Shown piece after piece: positions 1 to 11,192 of a stretch of DNA of 40,528 nt. The stretch's first letter is position 1. Each line of letters begins with the position of its first letter. The position numbers and the translations under genes were made by a program. The stretch lies in contig JBFGJV010000003.1 of NCBI GenBank assembly GCA_041577015.1, forward strand, positions 1 to 40,528. Reading direction: 5' to 3'. The stretch comes from Myxococcota bacterium. Its GTDB lineage: Bacteria; Myxococcota_A; UBA9160; PR03. The notes beneath the pieces were generated by a model. The model had not been told where the DNA came from. It ran no database searches and saw only the letters and a list, made by a program, of their open reading frames with translations.

Positions 1-3000
1 CTCGGCCTGCTTCACGGTGTCGATGCCGAGGTCGGCCTCGAGGTCGAGGTCGAGGTCGAGCATGTCGCGCGGGTAGCCGGTCTTGTCGCCCACGATCCCG
101 AGCACGCGCTCGCGGACCGGGTCGCCGCCCTCGGGCGCCGGCTCCGGCCTCGGCTCCGCCGGCGCCGCCGCGCGGATGGGTGCCGCCGCCGCCGGGCGGA
201 CCTCGGGCGCAGGCTCGGACGCCGGCGCGCCGCGATCCTTCAGGCGCAGGGTCCGGTTCACGACCTCGAGCTCCGGGCTCGCGTCTCCGGAGAGCGTGCG
301 CAGCCACGCGCTCCAGGCGCCCGCGTCCCGGATGCGCGCGGCGTAGCCGAGCTCGTCGGGGCTCGGACGCGCGCCGTCGGGGCCAGGGACCCAGCGCAGC
401 AGCGAGAAGCTGATCTGCGAGCCGAAGCCCGCGCCCAGCCTGAGCGCGTAGCGGATCGGATAGGCGCCGCCCCGGGAGAGGTGCAGCCGTCCCAGGTCGG
501 GATCCGGCTCCCGGTAGTTCGGGACCGGGGGCACGACGCCCGTCTCCAGCGCCTTGATGGCGACCACGTCTTCGATGCCCACACCCATCGGGTGTCCTGT
601 GAAGCCCTTGGTGTTGGCCACCACCACGTGGTCCGCGTCCGGGCCGAACACCTGGCGCAGGGCATGCACCTCGGCGGCGGCGCTGCCGCCCCGCGCGGGC
701 GTGTAGGTCTCGTGGGAGACGAACACCATCTCCCGGGCCATGGCGCGCCGGTCCAGACCGAAGCGGCGCTCCGCCTGCGCGACCAACTGCTCCATGGCGC
801 GCTGGATGTGGTCCACGTCCAGGCGCGTGCCGTGGAAGGCGCTGTTGGCCGTCACGGTGGAGATCACCTCGCAGATCGGGCGCAGGCCGCGCTCCCGGGC
901 GCAGGCCGGGCTCTCCACCACCGCCGCGGCGGCGCCCATGCCGAGGATCATGCCGTGCCGGCGGCGATCGAAGGGCAGCGCCGCCTCCTCCACCACGTCG
1001 TCGGTGGCGGCGGCGCCGGTGGCCAGGAAGCCGGAGGCGAACCACTCCAGCAGGTCGTCGGTGGTCACGTCGTCGGCCGCCACCACCACGACGCGGCGGC
1101 ACCGTCCGGCGCGGATCCAGTCCTCGGCCAGGGCGAAGGCCTGGGTCGTGCTGGCGCAGGCGGAGTTCACGTGCGTGTTGGGACCACGCGCGCCGATCAG
1201 TTCGGCCAGCTGGGCGTGTGCCATGGGCAGCACGCGGAACAGGAAGCGTCGGTCGAAGACGTAGGGCTCGTGCTCCAGGCGCGCCCGCAGCTCGTGGAGG
1301 CGTCGCTCGATCTCGTCGCGCAGGACGTCGTGCCCGTCGGCCTCCTCCACCACTCGCGCCAGCAGGCTCTCCAGCGCCTCGATCTGCTGGTGGAGGCCGT
1401 GCTCGGTCTGCTGGCGGGTGAGCTCGCGGGCAAAGGCATCGAAGCCCGGGAAGGCGGAGGCGAAGATCACCCCCGTCTCGTCGCGCAGGCCTTCCGGAAG
1501 CACCCAGCGCTCGGGGATCCGGGTGCCCTTGTGCGTGGTGCGGTAGCGCATCACCAGCGGGATGCCGGCGTCGCGCAGCGCCTCCAGGCCCGCCGCCACC
1601 GCCAGCCGCGTCGTGACGTCGAAGGCGGCGATGCGCTCCCGGTCGACCCCGAACTCCCGCTCCAGGTCGAAGGCTCCCGCCCGGGCGGCGAGCTTGATCA
1701 CCTCCGTGGGGTGCTCGATGGTCTCGAAGTGCGGTCCGTCCGCGCTCTTCACCAGCCGCGTGATGTGCTTCTCCACCATGGCGTTGCGGAAGCGGGCCGG
1801 GATCACGTCGATGCCCTGCTCGCCGTCGAGGATGCGCTGCACGTGGTCGTCGTCGAAGACGCGCGCGGCCCCGGGCAGGCCGAGCGCGGCGCCGGTCACG
1901 ACCGGCGCCTCCGAGGCGGCGGGCGCCTCGCCGTCGCCCCGGTAGACGCGCCACCCCCGCTCCAGGAACTCGGCGAAGAGTCGGCCCAGCTCCTCCACGC
2001 GATCCGCCGGGAGCGCGCCCACCGCCGCGGGGGCAGCCGTGGGCGCCGCCGTCGCCGGGGAGACCTCGCGCGGGACGGGGGCCTGGCGGGTCGTCGCCTC
2101 GTCGCGCGCGACGCCGCGGCCCGCCGCATACAGGCCGCACAGCGCCTGATTGAAGCTGGCGAGGTCGCCCACCTTGGGATGGTTGGCGAAGAGCGGCAGC
2201 ACCCCCTCGCGGGCACCGAGCACGTCCTCCACGAAGCCGTGCAGCGCCTTCTTGGGTCCCACCTCGACGAAGGCCCGCGCGCCGGATGCGTACAGCGTCT
2301 CGAGCCCCTTCACGAATTGCACCGGCGACGAGACCTGGGCCGCCAGCAGGTCCAGCATGCGCGGCACCGCGTTCGTGTCCATCGGATAGAAGTCGCCGTT
2401 CAGGTTCGCGACCAGCGGGATCCCCGGAGGCGCCAGGTGCAGCCGTTCCAGCGTGCGGCGCAGCGGCTCGCTGGCCGGAGCGACGATCGCGGTATGGAAG
2501 GCGTGGCTCACCGGCAGCGGAACCGCCTGGAGCCCGGCGTCCGCGCAGGCCTGCATGGCGCGCTCCACCGCCTCGCTGGCACCACCGATCACGGCCTGGC
2601 TCGTGCTGTTCAGGTTGGCGATCACCACGTAGCCGTCCACGCCTTCCAGCACGCGCTCGATCTGCTCCAGCGGGCCCAGCACCGCGGCCATGCGACCGTT
2701 GTCCTCGGTGGTGAGGCGGGCCATCTCCCCGCCCCGGGCGCTCACCGCCTCGAGCGCGTCCGCGAAGGGCAGCGCGCCCGACGCCACCAGGGCGCCGTAC
2801 TCGCCCAGGCTGTGCCCCATCACCATGTCGGGCTCGATGCCGTGGGCGGCGAAGAGCCGCGTGAGCGCCACGTCCACCGTCAGGACGGCGGGCTGGGTGA
2901 TCTCGGTGCGCTTGAGCGCCTCTTCCGCGCGGGCGCACGCCTCGGCATCGGTGGGATCGGCGAAGACGTAGTCGGTGAGCGGGCGATCCAGCAGGGGCCG

Positions 3001-4896
3001 CAGCACGCGGTCCGCCTCGTCGAAGGTGGCCGCCACCAGTGGCTCGTGCTCGCGCAGCTCCCGCAGCATGTTCACGTACTGCGAGCCCTGGCCCGTGTAG
3101 AGGAAGGCGACGGGCGTCGGGTGGCCGCTCCCGCGGAAGACGCCCTGGGCGCGCAGCGCCTTCCAGGCGGCCGGTTCGTCGCCGGCCAGGGCCCGCGCCG
3201 CACGCCCGGCGCGGGTTGCGAGCTCGGCCGCGTCGCCGTAGTCGATGGCCAGGCGTTCCGGGGCGCGGAGATCCGCCTGGGTGGGAGCCTGCGTTTCCGG
3301 CGCCCGACCGGCCCGCGCCTCGCGCTCCACCGCGGCCAGCCGCTCGCTCAGCGCCGCGACGTCGGGCGCCCCCAGGACGAGTGCTCCCCGGCGCGGAGCC
3401 CGGGCCTGGGCCACGTCTCGGGTCGCCGCCGCGACGCGGCCCGGAACGTCCGCCTGGGCCGTGCGTCGCGCCAGCCGGCCCGGCACGTATTCCTCCAGCA
3501 CGGCGTGGAAGTTGGTGCCGCCGAAGCCGAACGCGCTCACGCCGGCGCGCCGCACGCCGTCCGCCGGCGGATCCCAGGGCTTGAGGTCGGTGTTCACGTA
3601 GAAGGGCGAGTGGGCGAAGTCGATGTTGGGATTGGGGCGTTCGAAGTTCAGGCTCGGCGGCAGCACCTTCTCGTGCAGCGCGAAGATCGTCTTGAGCAGA
3701 CCCGCGGCGCCCGCGGCCCCCTTCAGATGGCCGATGTTCGACTTGACGGAGCCGAGCGGCACCGAGCCGGGAGCGAGGCCCGCACGCCCGAACACCTCGG
3801 TGAGGCTCTGCACCTCCACCACGTCGCCCACCCGCGTCGAGGTCCCGTGCCCCTCCACGAGGCCGACGCTGGCCGGCGAGAGGCCGGCGTTGCGCCAGGC
3901 GCGCTCGATGGCCAGGCGCTGTCCCACCGGGTTCGGCGCCGTGATGCCCTTGCCCTTGCCGTCGCTCGAGCCGCCCACTCCCCGCACCACGGCGTAGATG
4001 CGGTCGCCCGCCGCCTCGGCGTCCTCCAGGCGCTTGAGCAGGAAGAAGGCCGCCCCCTCGCCCATCACGAAGCCGTCGGCACCGTCCGCGTAGGGGCGCG
4101 TTCCGGTGGCGGAGAGCGCGCCGATCTTGCAGAACTTGACGAAGGCCGGTGCGCCCATGTTGCGGTCCACGCCGCCCACGAGCGCCGCGTCGTACTCCTG
4201 CTCCACCAGGCCTTCCACGGCCGCATCCAGGGCCGCCAGCGCCGCGGCGCAGGCGGCGTCGCAGACGAAGTTCGGTCCCCGAAAGTCGAACAGGTTGGCG
4301 ATGCGGCCCGCCATGCAGTTGGCGAGCTCGCCGGGCATGGTGTCCTCGGTGCTCTCGGCGAAGCGCCCGGCGATCTGGTCGTGCATCTCGCGGGCGATGC
4401 GCTCGCGCGCCTGGGGATCCAGCGACGCGAAGCTCGGACTCGCGGACAGCGCGGCGGCGTACTCGGGCAGGAAGATGCGCAGGGCGGTCAGGTAGTGCTT
4501 CTCGCCGGCCAGGGCGTTGCCGATCACCACCGCGGTGCGCTCGCGGTCGAGCGGTCGATCCTCGCCGTAGTCGAGCAGGGCGGAGCGGGCGCATGCCACC
4601 GCCCATTTCTGCCCGTCGTCCATGGCGTCGGCCACCTTGGGCGGGATGGGGAGACGCCACTTCATGGGCTCCCAGTCCCACTGGCGCACCCAACCGCCGA
4701 TCTTCGAGTAGGTCTTGTCCGGGACCGAGGGATCGGCGTCGTAGTAGAGCGCCGGATCCCAGCGTTCCGGCGGTACCTCGCCGATGCTGTAGCGGCCGTC
4801 CTTCACGTTGCGCCAGAAGCTCGCGGCGTCGGGCGCGTCGGGCAGGATGGCGCTCACCCCCACGATGGCGATGGCGCGGCCGGCGGTGTCTTGCAT
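1..4896 (-). CDS. Type I polyketide/fatty acid synthase-like megasynthase, KS-AT-KS-ACP (3' end outside window)
   Basis: Hand-translated from ATG 4896 ([23 protein letters not shown]...), open to base 1. KS1: DAAC (Cys 4249-4251), [33 protein letters not shown]: YTGQGSQ, GHSLGE, HAFH. KS2: NSACAST, SHETYT, GHPMG, GAGFG. ACP: [28 protein letters not shown]. Missing from the ORF track because it has no stop in the window. Confidence 0.95.
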   Translation of the reverse strand, partial: MQDTAGRAIAIVGVSAILPDAPDAASFWRNVKDGRYSIGEVPPERWDPALYYDADPSVPDKTYSKIGGWVRQWDWEPMKWRLPIPPKVADAMDDGQKWAVACARSALLDYGEDRPLDRERTAVVIGNALAGEKHYLTALRIFLPEYAAALSASPSFASLDPQARERIAREMHDQIAGRFAESTEDTMPGELANCMAGRIANLFDFRGPNFVCDAACAAALAALDAAVEGLVEQEYDAALVGGVDRNMGAPAFVKFCKIGALSATGTRPYADGADGFVMGEGAAFFLLKRLEDAEAAGDRIYAVVRGVGGSSDGKGKGITAPNPVGQRLAIERAWRNAGLSPASVGLVEGHGTSTRVGDVVEVQSLTEVFGRAGLAPGSVPLGSVKSNIGHLKGAAGAAGLLKTIFALHEKVLPPSLNFERPNPNIDFAHSPFYVNTDLKPWDPPADGVRRAGVSAFGFGGTNFHAVLEEYVPGRLARRTAQADVPGRVAAATRDVAQARAPRRGALVLGAPDVAALSERLAAVEREARAGRAPETQAPTQADLRAPERLAIDYGDAAELATRAGRAARALAGDEPAAWKALRAQGVFRGSGHPTPVAFLYTGQGSQYVNMLRELREHEPLVAATFDEADRVLRPLLDRPLTDYVFADPTDAEACARAEEALKRTEITQPAVLTVDVALTRLFAAHGIEPDMVMGHSLGEYGALVASGALPFADALEAVSARGGEMARLTTEDNGRMAAVLGPLEQIERVLEGVDGYVVIANLNSTSQAVIGGASEAVERAMQACADAGLQAVPLPVSHAFHTAIVAPASEPLRRTLERLHLAPPGIPLVANLNGDFYPMDTNAVPRMLDLLAAQVSSPVQFVKGLETLYASGARAFVEVGPKKALHGFVEDVLGAREGVLPLFANHPKVGDLASFNQALCGLYAAGRGVARDEATTRQAPVPREVSPATAAPTAAPAAVGALPADRVEELGRLFAEFLERGWRVYRGDGEAPAASEAPVVTGAALGLPGAARVFDDDHVQRILDGEQGIDVIPARFRNAMVEKHITRLVKSADGPHFETIEHPTEVIKLAARAGAFDLEREFGVDRERIAAFDVTTRLAVAAGLEALRDAGIPLVMRYRTTHKGTRIPERWVLPEGLRDETGVIFASAFPGFDAFARELTRQQTEHGLHQQIEALESLLARVVEEADGHDVLRDEIERRLHELRARLEHEPYVFDRRFLFRVLPMAHAQLAELIGARGPNTHVNSACASTTQAFALAEDWIRAGRCRRVVVVAADDVTTDDLLEWFASGFLATGAAATDDVVEEAALPFDRRRHGMILGMGAAAAVVESPACARERGLRPICEVISTVTANSAFHGTRLDVDHIQRAMEQLVAQAERRFGLDRRAMAREMVFVSHETYTPARGGSAAAEVHALRQVFGPDADHVVVANTKGFTGHPMGVGIEDVVAIKALETGVVPPVPNYREPDPDLGRLHLSRGGAYPIRYALRLGAGFGSQISFSLLRWVPGPDGARPSPDELGYAARIRDAGAWSAWLRTLSGDASPELEVVNRTLRLKDRGAPASEPAPEVRPAAAAPIRAAAPAEPRPEPAPEGGDPVRERVLGIVGDKTGYPRDMLDLDLDLEADLGIDTVKQAE

Positions 4897-4916
4897 GGGT
4901 CGCTTCTCCGAGGCGC

Positions 4917-6602
4917 TCAGGCCGCGGGTGCTTCGGCCCGGGCCGGTTGACGTCCGTACAAGGCGTTGGCGGCGGCATCCATGTCGGCGACCAGGTGCGC
5001 CTGGGCGCGGTGGATGGCGTCCAGGTCCAGCGCCCGGGTGAAGGCCGCCAGCTCGGCATCCGGGACGCCGTCGGCGCCGACGACCCAGCGCAGGCCCTCC
5101 TCGGCCACGCGCAGCGCCGCCTCGCGAGCGTAGACGCGCGCCAGCGTCGCCAGGGCGTCGGGTCCGAAGCGCGCGTCCGCCTTCTCCGGCAGCTCGCGGC
5201 GCGCCGACGCCGCGGCGCGTCGCGCCAGGCTGGCCGCGCCCTCCGCGCACGCGCAGAGCTCTCCCAGGCGGAACAGCACGTGCTGATTGCGGGTCAGACG
5301 CGCCACCCGGGCGCGCTCCATCACCGCGCCGAGCGCACGCAGCGCCAGGCCCGCGACGTCGGCTCCGCAGGCTGGGTCGGCGGAGGCCAGGGAGGCCAGC
5401 GCCTCCGCCTGGCGGACGTAGTGCTGGCCCCGGGTCTTCAGGTGCAGCTGCCACCGGTCCCGCGCGATGGTCATCTCCATGATCTCCGAGGTTCCCTCGT
5501 AGATCGTGGTGATGCGGACGTCGCGCTTGATCTTCTCCACCAGGTACTCGCGGACGTAGCCGTAGCCGCCCAGCGCCTGGATGCTGGCGTCCGCGGCCTG
5601 GTTGCCGGCCTCGCTGGCCAGGTACTTTGCGATGGCCCCCTCGGTGTTGAGGGAGCTCTCCTCCGCGTCGAGACGAAGCGCGGTCTCTTCGATGTAGGCG
5701 CGGGCCGCCTCGAGCCGGGCCGCGTGGGGGACGATCAGCTTGTGCGTGTAGCCCTGCTTCTCGGCGAGGGGCGAGCCCGCCTGGATGCGCTCGCGGGAGT
5801 AGGGGATGGCGCGATCCAGTGCCGCCCAGCCCGCGCCCAGCCCGAAGGCGGCCACCATGAGCCGGGTGTAGCCGAACACCTGCTGCGCCTGGGCCAGACC
5901 CAGCCCCTCGGCGCCTCCCACCAGCCCCTCCGGCTCGACCGAAATGCCATCCAGGACCAGGGCCGCGGTGTTGCTGCTGCGAATGCCGTGCTTGTCCTCC
6001 GGCCGCTCCGCCTGGAGACCCGGCGCTCCCTTCCCCACCACGAACCAGCTCGGACCCCCGGGCGCCAGGGCCAGGATCGTGTAGGCATCCGCGACGCCGC
6101 CGTTGCTGATCCACTGCTTGCGCCCATGGAGCTCGTAGCCCACCACGCGTCCGTCTCGCTCGATCGGCGTCGCGGTGGTGCGCAGCGCCGCAAGGTCGCT
6201 GCCGGCCTCGGGCTCCGTGGCGCAGTACGCCATCAGGAGGCCCTCTTCCGCGATGCGCGAGAGCCAGCGCTCGCGCTGCTCGGGGGTTCCTCCCACGCGG
6301 ATCGGATCGCTGCCCAGGAAGGTGGCCAGCAGGCCGGTGGCGACGCCGAGGTCGATGCGGGCCAGCTCCTCGCATACCCGGTAGACGTCGAAGGCGCCCG
6401 CCCCCATGCCGCCGAACTCCTCGGGCACGAAGAAGAGCTGGATGCCCAGCTGGGGACCGCACATCTCGCGCACGACCTCGAGCGGCATCTCGTCGCGGGC
6501 GTCGAGCTCGAGCAGCTGCTCGGGCCCGAGCCGGAGCTTCGCGAACTCCCGCAGGGACTCGAGCGTGAGCTCGAGGCTCTCGCGATCCAGACCTTCCGGC
6601 AT
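4917..6602 (-). CDS. Acyl-CoA dehydrogenase family protein with C-terminal extension
   Basis: [48 protein letters not shown] motifs; ends 20 bp upstream of the PKS start on the same strand. Confidence 0.93.
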   Translation of the reverse strand: MPEGLDRESLELTLESLREFAKLRLGPEQLLELDARDEMPLEVVREMCGPQLGIQLFFVPEEFGGMGAGAFDVYRVCEELARIDLGVATGLLATFLGSDPIRVGGTPEQRERWLSRIAEEGLLMAYCATEPEAGSDLAALRTTATPIERDGRVVGYELHGRKQWISNGGVADAYTILALAPGGPSWFVVGKGAPGLQAERPEDKHGIRSSNTAALVLDGISVEPEGLVGGAEGLGLAQAQQVFGYTRLMVAAFGLGAGWAALDRAIPYSRERIQAGSPLAEKQGYTHKLIVPHAARLEAARAYIEETALRLDAEESSLNTEGAIAKYLASEAGNQAADASIQALGGYGYVREYLVEKIKRDVRITTIYEGTSEIMEMTIARDRWQLHLKTRGQHYVRQAEALASLASADPACGADVAGLALRALGAVMERARVARLTRNQHVLFRLGELCACAEGAASLARRAAASARRELPEKADARFGPDALATLARVYAREAALRVAEEGLRWVVGADGVPDAELAAFTRALDLDAIHRAQAHLVADMDAAANALYGRQPARAEAPAA

Positions 6603-6810
6603 GGGTCCTCGGGTGACTTGCGCGCCCGGGAGGGTACCTCAACCGGATCGCAAGGCTGGCTCCCATCCTGACTCCAAACGGAGGACGCGCGAGTGTCGGC
6701 TGGCCGACACCTCCGCCCGGCGCGAGGCCGCGAGCGGGTGGGAAATCCCTTGCCAGCCGACCGTCCGCCTGCTGCAATCCCCAGGGCGCGATGTGCGCGC
6801 TGGGGTTGCC

Positions 6811-8247
6811 GTGACACACCTGGACGAGATCCGAGTCGGGGTCCGACGCGTGGAGAACTTCGCCGCGGTGATGGGCGAGGCTCCCACGCGGGCGGCGCTG
6901 CGCACGGCCGCTTCCTTGAAGCGGCGGCTGGACGGAAGAGTGCTGTGGAACGTCAACTCCACGGCCGTCGGCGGCGGCGTCGCGGAGATGCTGCGCCCGC
7001 TGCTGGCCTTCTCGCGCGGCGCCGGCATCGACACGCGTTGGATGGTGCTGCGGGGCAACCCCGCCTTCTTCCGCGTCACGAAGCGGCTGCACCACGCCCT
7101 GCATGGCTCGGCGGGAGACGGGAGCCCACTCGGGGAGCAGGCCCGGGCCATCTACGAGAAGACGCTCTCCGGGGCCGCCCTGGAGCTGGTCGCGCGCGTG
7201 AAGCGCGGTGACGTCGTGCTGCTGCACGATCCCCAGACCGCCGGCCTGGCGCCCGCGCTCCAGCGCGCCGGGGCGCACGTCATCTGGCGCTGCCACGTGG
7301 GCGACCACGCTCGCAACGACCAGGTGGAGAGGGGCTGGACCTTCCTGTTTCCCTACCTGAAGGAGGTTCCAGCCTTCGTCTTCTCCCGGGAGAGCTACGT
7401 CCCCAGCTACTGCGACCACGGCAAGTCGCACGTGATCCAGCCCAGCATCGACGCCTTCTCGCCCAAGAACCAGGAGCTCGATCTGGACACGGTCCGCTGC
7501 ATCCTGGCCGACGTCGGCCTGGTGGAGGGGCCGCCGCCGCCGGGTGCGGCGTGCACGTTCCGACGCGAGGACGACACGCCCGGGCGCGTCGAGCGTCGGG
7601 CGGACGTGGTGCGGCACGGTCGCGCTCCCAGCTGGGAGACACCCCTCGTGGTGCAGGTGTCGCGTTGGGACCTGCTCAAGGATCCGATCGGTGTGATGCT
7701 GGGCTTCGCGACGTTGCTGGAGTCCGGCAACGCCCACGGGGCGGAGCTGGTGCTGGCGGGTCCCGACGTGCTCGCCGTGGCGGACGATCCCGAGGGCGCG
7801 GAGGTCTACGATCGTGTCGTGGCGGCGTGGCGCACGCTGCCCGAGATGGTGCGCGCGCGCGTGCATCTGGCCTGCCTGCCCACGGCGGACGTGGAGGAGA
7901 ACGCGGCCATCGTGAATGCCCTCCAGCGGCACGCCACGGTGGTGGTGCAGAAGAGCCTCCAGGAGGGCTTCGGACTCACGGTCACCGAGGCGATGTGGAA
8001 GGGCAGGCCGGTCGTGGCCAGCGCCGTGGGCGGCATCCAGGACCAGATCGAAGACGGGGTCCACGGCCTGCTGCTCGCCGACCCGGGTGACCGCCGCGCC
8101 TTCGCGTCGGCGCTGCAACGGCTGCTGGAGGACGGGGAGCTGGCGCGGCGCATCGGCGCCGCGGCGCGCGAGCGCGTGCGCGAGCGCTTCCTGGGCATGC
8201 GGCACCTGCTCCAGTACGCCCGCCTGTTCGAGATCTTGCAGCTCTGA
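6811..8247 (+). CDS. treT: GT4 glycosyltransferase, TreT-like trehalose synthase
   Basis: [51 protein letters not shown] motifs. GTG 6811 chosen as start because the upstream ORF extension overlaps the ACAD gene. Confidence 0.8.
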   Translation: MTHLDEIRVGVRRVENFAAVMGEAPTRAALRTAASLKRRLDGRVLWNVNSTAVGGGVAEMLRPLLAFSRGAGIDTRWMVLRGNPAFFRVTKRLHHALHGSAGDGSPLGEQARAIYEKTLSGAALELVARVKRGDVVLLHDPQTAGLAPALQRAGAHVIWRCHVGDHARNDQVERGWTFLFPYLKEVPAFVFSRESYVPSYCDHGKSHVIQPSIDAFSPKNQELDLDTVRCILADVGLVEGPPPPGAACTFRREDDTPGRVERRADVVRHGRAPSWETPLVVQVSRWDLLKDPIGVMLGFATLLESGNAHGAELVLAGPDVLAVADDPEGAEVYDRVVAAWRTLPEMVRARVHLACLPTADVEENAAIVNALQRHATVVVQKSLQEGFGLTVTEAMWKGRPVVASAVGGIQDQIEDGVHGLLLADPGDRRAFASALQRLLEDGELARRIGAAARERVRERFLGMRHLLQYARLFEILQL

Positions 8248-8258
8248 GCGCGTCGGGC

Positions 8259-8702
8259 TCAGGCCGCCTCGTCGCCCCCCGGGCTCGGGAAGCGGGCGCG
8301 GAGCAGCTCGCCGAAGCACCGGCACGCGTCCGTCACCGTGAAGATGCCGGCGAGCTTGCCGTTCTTCGTGACCAGCGCCGATCCGATGTGGCGACGTGCC
8401 ATCTCCAGGAGCACGTCGTCGAGGGGCGCGTCCACGTCCACCACGTAGGCGTCCCGCACGCAGGCTTCTCCCACGCTCAATGCCCGTGGCTCCCGAACCG
8501 CGGCGTCCCGCAGCAGGCCGATGTCGCGCTGGGTGACGACACCGACGAGCCTGCCGCCCTCGGTCACCGGGAGGTGCCGGATGTCGTGCTCCTCCATGAC
8601 TTCGAGGGCGTGGGCGAGCTCGTCCTCGACGTGGATGTACCAGGGGAACGGCGTCATCACCGTCTTGATGGTGGGGATGCGGTCGAGCTTCACGAAGTCC
8701 AT
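8259..8702 (-). CDS. CBS domain pair protein
   Basis: MDFVK...VMTP...IRHLPV...[10 protein letters not shown]...IGSALV...[12 protein letters not shown] 8702 lies 6 nt downstream of a TATGAT -10-like hexamer (8709-8714), so the mRNA may be leaderless. Confidence 0.88.
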   Translation of the reverse strand: MDFVKLDRIPTIKTVMTPFPWYIHVEDELAHALEVMEEHDIRHLPVTEGGRLVGVVTQRDIGLLRDAAVREPRALSVGEACVRDAYVVDVDAPLDDVLLEMARRHIGSALVTKNGKLAGIFTVTDACRCFGELLRARFPSPGGDEAA

Positions 8703-8732
8703 GCGCGCATCATAACGGAGCCCGCGCGGGCA

Positions 8733-8760
8733 TTGACACCACCGGGAAACCGGGAACCCT
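8733..8760 (+). promoter_or_regulatory. Possible sigma-70 promoter of the dehydrogenase-pcm operon
   Basis: TTGACA at 8733-8738, 16 bp spacer, AACCCT at 8755-8760, ATG at 8768. Confidence 0.4.
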
Positions 8761-8767
8761 GAGCGCC

Positions 8768-9670
8768 ATGGCGGAGCGGGTGGCGTTCCTCGGGCTGGGC
8801 ACCATGGGCTTCCCGATGGCGGGGCACCTGGCCCGCGCCGGCCACGAGGTGGCGGTGTACAACCGCACCGCCGCCAGGGCCGAGCGCTGGATGGCGCGTC
8901 ACCCGGGACGAAGCGCCCGGACGCCGGCGGAGGCGGCGGCGGGAGCCTCCTTCGTGTTCTGCTGCGTGGGCGCCGACGAGGACGTACGGGCGGTGGCGAC
9001 GGGGCCGGACGGTGCCCTCGACGCCATGGGGGAGGGAGCGGTCTTCGTGGACCACACCACCGCCTCGGCGGGGCTGGCACGCGAGCTGGAGGCGCGGGCG
9101 CGCGCCCGGGGCACGGCATACCTGGATGCTCCGGTCTCGGGTGGGCAGTCGGGTGCGGAGGGCGGGACTCTCACGGTGATGGTGGGCGGGGATCCGGACG
9201 CCTTCGAGCGCGTGCGTCCGCTGCTGGCGGCCTACGCGCGTCACGCCCGCCTCCTCGGGCCCTCGGGAAGCGGCCAGCTCGCCAAGATGGTCAACCAGAT
9301 CTGCCTGGCGGGCCTGATCCAGGCCCTGGCCGAGGGCCTTCATTTCGCGCGAGCCGTCGGGCTCGACCCACACGCCGTGGTGGAGGTGATCGCCCAGGGT
9401 GCCGCCCGGTCCTGGCAGATGGAGCACCGTCACGAGACCATGCTGGCCGGAGAGTTCGAGCACGGCTTCGCGGTGGACTGGATGCGCAAGGACCTGGGCA
9501 TGGCGCTGGCGGAGGCGCGAGGGAGCGGAGCGTCCCTGCCCGTGACGGCGCTGGTGGATCAGCTCTACGCCGAGGTGCAGGCGCTGGGCGGCGGACGCTG
9601 GGACACCTCGAGTCTGATCGTCCGGCTCGGGGCGCCGAGTCGCGGCGGCGTGCGGCGGACGCCCGCGTGA
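8768..9670 (+). CDS. NAD(P)-dependent beta-hydroxyacid dehydrogenase (3-hydroxyisobutyrate DH / tartronate semialdehyde reductase family)
   Basis: [37 protein letters not shown] motifs. Confidence 0.92.
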   Translation: MAERVAFLGLGTMGFPMAGHLARAGHEVAVYNRTAARAERWMARHPGRSARTPAEAAAGASFVFCCVGADEDVRAVATGPDGALDAMGEGAVFVDHTTASAGLARELEARARARGTAYLDAPVSGGQSGAEGGTLTVMVGGDPDAFERVRPLLAAYARHARLLGPSGSGQLAKMVNQICLAGLIQALAEGLHFARAVGLDPHAVVEVIAQGAARSWQMEHRHETMLAGEFEHGFAVDWMRKDLGMALAEARGSGASLPVTALVDQLYAEVQALGGGRWDTSSLIVRLGAPSRGGVRRTPA

Positions 9671-10401
9671 GGCGAGCCCGGGCGACGCTGGCGCTGGCTG
9701 GGGCCGCCGTGGCGGCGGCGGGCTTCGCGGCCTGTCGGCCCGAGGGGGGTCTCCCCGCGCCGGACGCGCCGGCGGACGCCGCGGCGCGCATGGTGGCGGA
9801 GCAGCTCGAGCCGCGTGGCATTCGCGACGCGCGCGTGCTCGCCGCCATGCGCCGGGTGCCGCGTCACGAGTTCGTGCCGCCCGCGCAGCGCGCCCGCGCC
9901 TACCAGGACCGGGCCCTGCCGATCGGCCACGATCAGACCATCAGCCAGCCCTACGTGGTGGCCGCCATGAGCGAGGCGGCGCGGGTCGAGCCGGGAGACC
10001 GGGTGCTCGAGGTGGGGACCGGCTCCGGCTACCAGGCGGCCGTGCTCGCGGAGCTGGGCGCCGAGGTCTACAGCATCGAGATCGTGGAGCCGCTCGCCCG
10101 AAGGGCGACGGGGACCCTCCGGCGTCTGGGCTACGAGCGCGTGCGCGTGCGCCACGGCGACGGCTACCGCGGCTGGCCCGAGGCGGCTCCCTTCGACGCC
10201 GTGGTGGTGACCGCCGCCCCGCCCCGCGTGCCGCCGCCGCTGCTGGCGCAGCTCGCCCCGGGCGGCCGCCTCGTGATCCCGGTGGGCGACGCGCTGCAGG
10301 AGCTCGAGGTGCACACGCGCACGCCGGCTGGGTACGAGGTAGAGCGGCTGTTTCCGGTGCGTTTCGTCCCCATGACGGGGGAGGCCGAGGGGCCGGGCTG
10401 A
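9667..10401 (+). CDS. pcm: Protein-L-isoaspartate O-methyltransferase with N-terminal lipoprotein-like signal
   Basis: [44 protein letters not shown] motifs; GTGA overlap with the upstream stop. Confidence 0.93.
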   Translation: MRRARATLALAGAAVAAAGFAACRPEGGLPAPDAPADAAARMVAEQLEPRGIRDARVLAAMRRVPRHEFVPPAQRARAYQDRALPIGHDQTISQPYVVAAMSEAARVEPGDRVLEVGTGSGYQAAVLAELGAEVYSIEIVEPLARRATGTLRRLGYERVRVRHGDGYRGWPEAAPFDAVVVTAAPPRVPPPLLAQLAPGGRLVIPVGDALQELEVHTRTPAGYEVERLFPVRFVPMTGEAEGPG

Positions 10402-10402
10402 G

Positions 10403-10849
10403 CTACGCCGCCGGCTTCGCCTTCACGGTCAGGACCGGGCACGGGGCGAGGCGCAGCGTCCGCTCGGCCACGCTCCCGAGCAGCACGTGGGCGAGCCCGG
10501 TGCGCCCGCGCGTTCCCATCACGACCACATCGGCGCCGAGCTCCCGGACGGTCTCCGCGATGGTCTCGGCGGGGGAGCCCTCGCGCAGCGACGCGCGCAC
10601 CGGGACGCCGGCCCGGCGCACCCGCTCGGCCTCCTCCTCCAGGCGCCGATTGGCGCGGGCCCGGGCCTCCTGGGCGACGGACGCCGGCAGCGGAACCTCG
10701 TAGGGAGACAGGATCTCCACCGGTCGCTGCCAGACGTGGAGCAGGTGCAGGCTCGCCGAGAGGGAGCGGGCCAGCTCGAGGGCGAGATCCAGGGCCGCGG
10801 TGGAGTCTTCCGAGAAGTCGTGGCACACCAGGATCTCGCGGAAGCCCAC
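10403..10849 (-). CDS. Universal stress protein (UspA family)
   Basis: ILVCHDFS, LHLLHV, ADVVVMGTRGRTG..LLGSVAE, APCPVLTV motifs. Confidence 0.93.
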   Translation of the reverse strand: MGFREILVCHDFSEDSTAALDLALELARSLSASLHLLHVWQRPVEILSPYEVPLPASVAQEARARANRRLEEEAERVRRAGVPVRASLREGSPAETIAETVRELGADVVVMGTRGRTGLAHVLLGSVAERTLRLAPCPVLTVKAKPAA

Positions 10850-10852
10850 GCT

Positions 10853-11086
10853 TCACACCTCCACGATCTCGCCGCTGATGCGGCTCACGCGAAAGACGCC
10901 CCGGTCCGTGCGGACGTAGTAGAGGTTCGAGATCCGCTCCCGGCGCACGCCGCTCTCGGGCTCGATCCAGACCAGGGAGCCGCCCTTCTTGACGTAGCGC
11001 TTGCGCTCGAGCTCCTCGCGCTCCTCCGGCGTGAGGCCCTCCAGGATCTCCCCGCCTCGCCCCGACGTCGCGACCTCGTCCGCCAT
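10853..11086 (-). CDS. Small hypothetical protein (77 aa)
   Basis: ATG start with GGAG upstream, normal amino-acid composition, GC3-biased codons, stop 3 bp before the USP start. Confidence 0.65.
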   Translation of the reverse strand: MADEVATSGRGGEILEGLTPEEREELERKRYVKKGGSLVWIEPESGVRRERISNLYYVRTDRGVFRVSRISGEIVEV

Positions 11087-11192
11087 GCCCGCTCCGGCCT
11101 CCCGTCAGCACAGGATAGGGATCCCGCCGCTCCCTGCCGCCTCTGCCCCGTGGCTCGTCCCCGGGGTATCCTGACGGCCGGAAGGAGTCTCC

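Noticed and set aside
40-60. Tandem GAGGTC hexamer repeat
   Set aside because: Encodes LDLDLDL of the ACP domain; not an independent repeat or contingency locus.
481-4950. 1489-aa plus-strand ORF in the track
   Set aside because: Antisense shadow of the minus-strand PKS gene; no recognisable motifs, while the opposite strand has clear KS/AT motifs.
4149-6671. 840-aa plus-strand ORF
   Set aside because: Shadow of the ACAD and PKS genes, typical of high-GC DNA.
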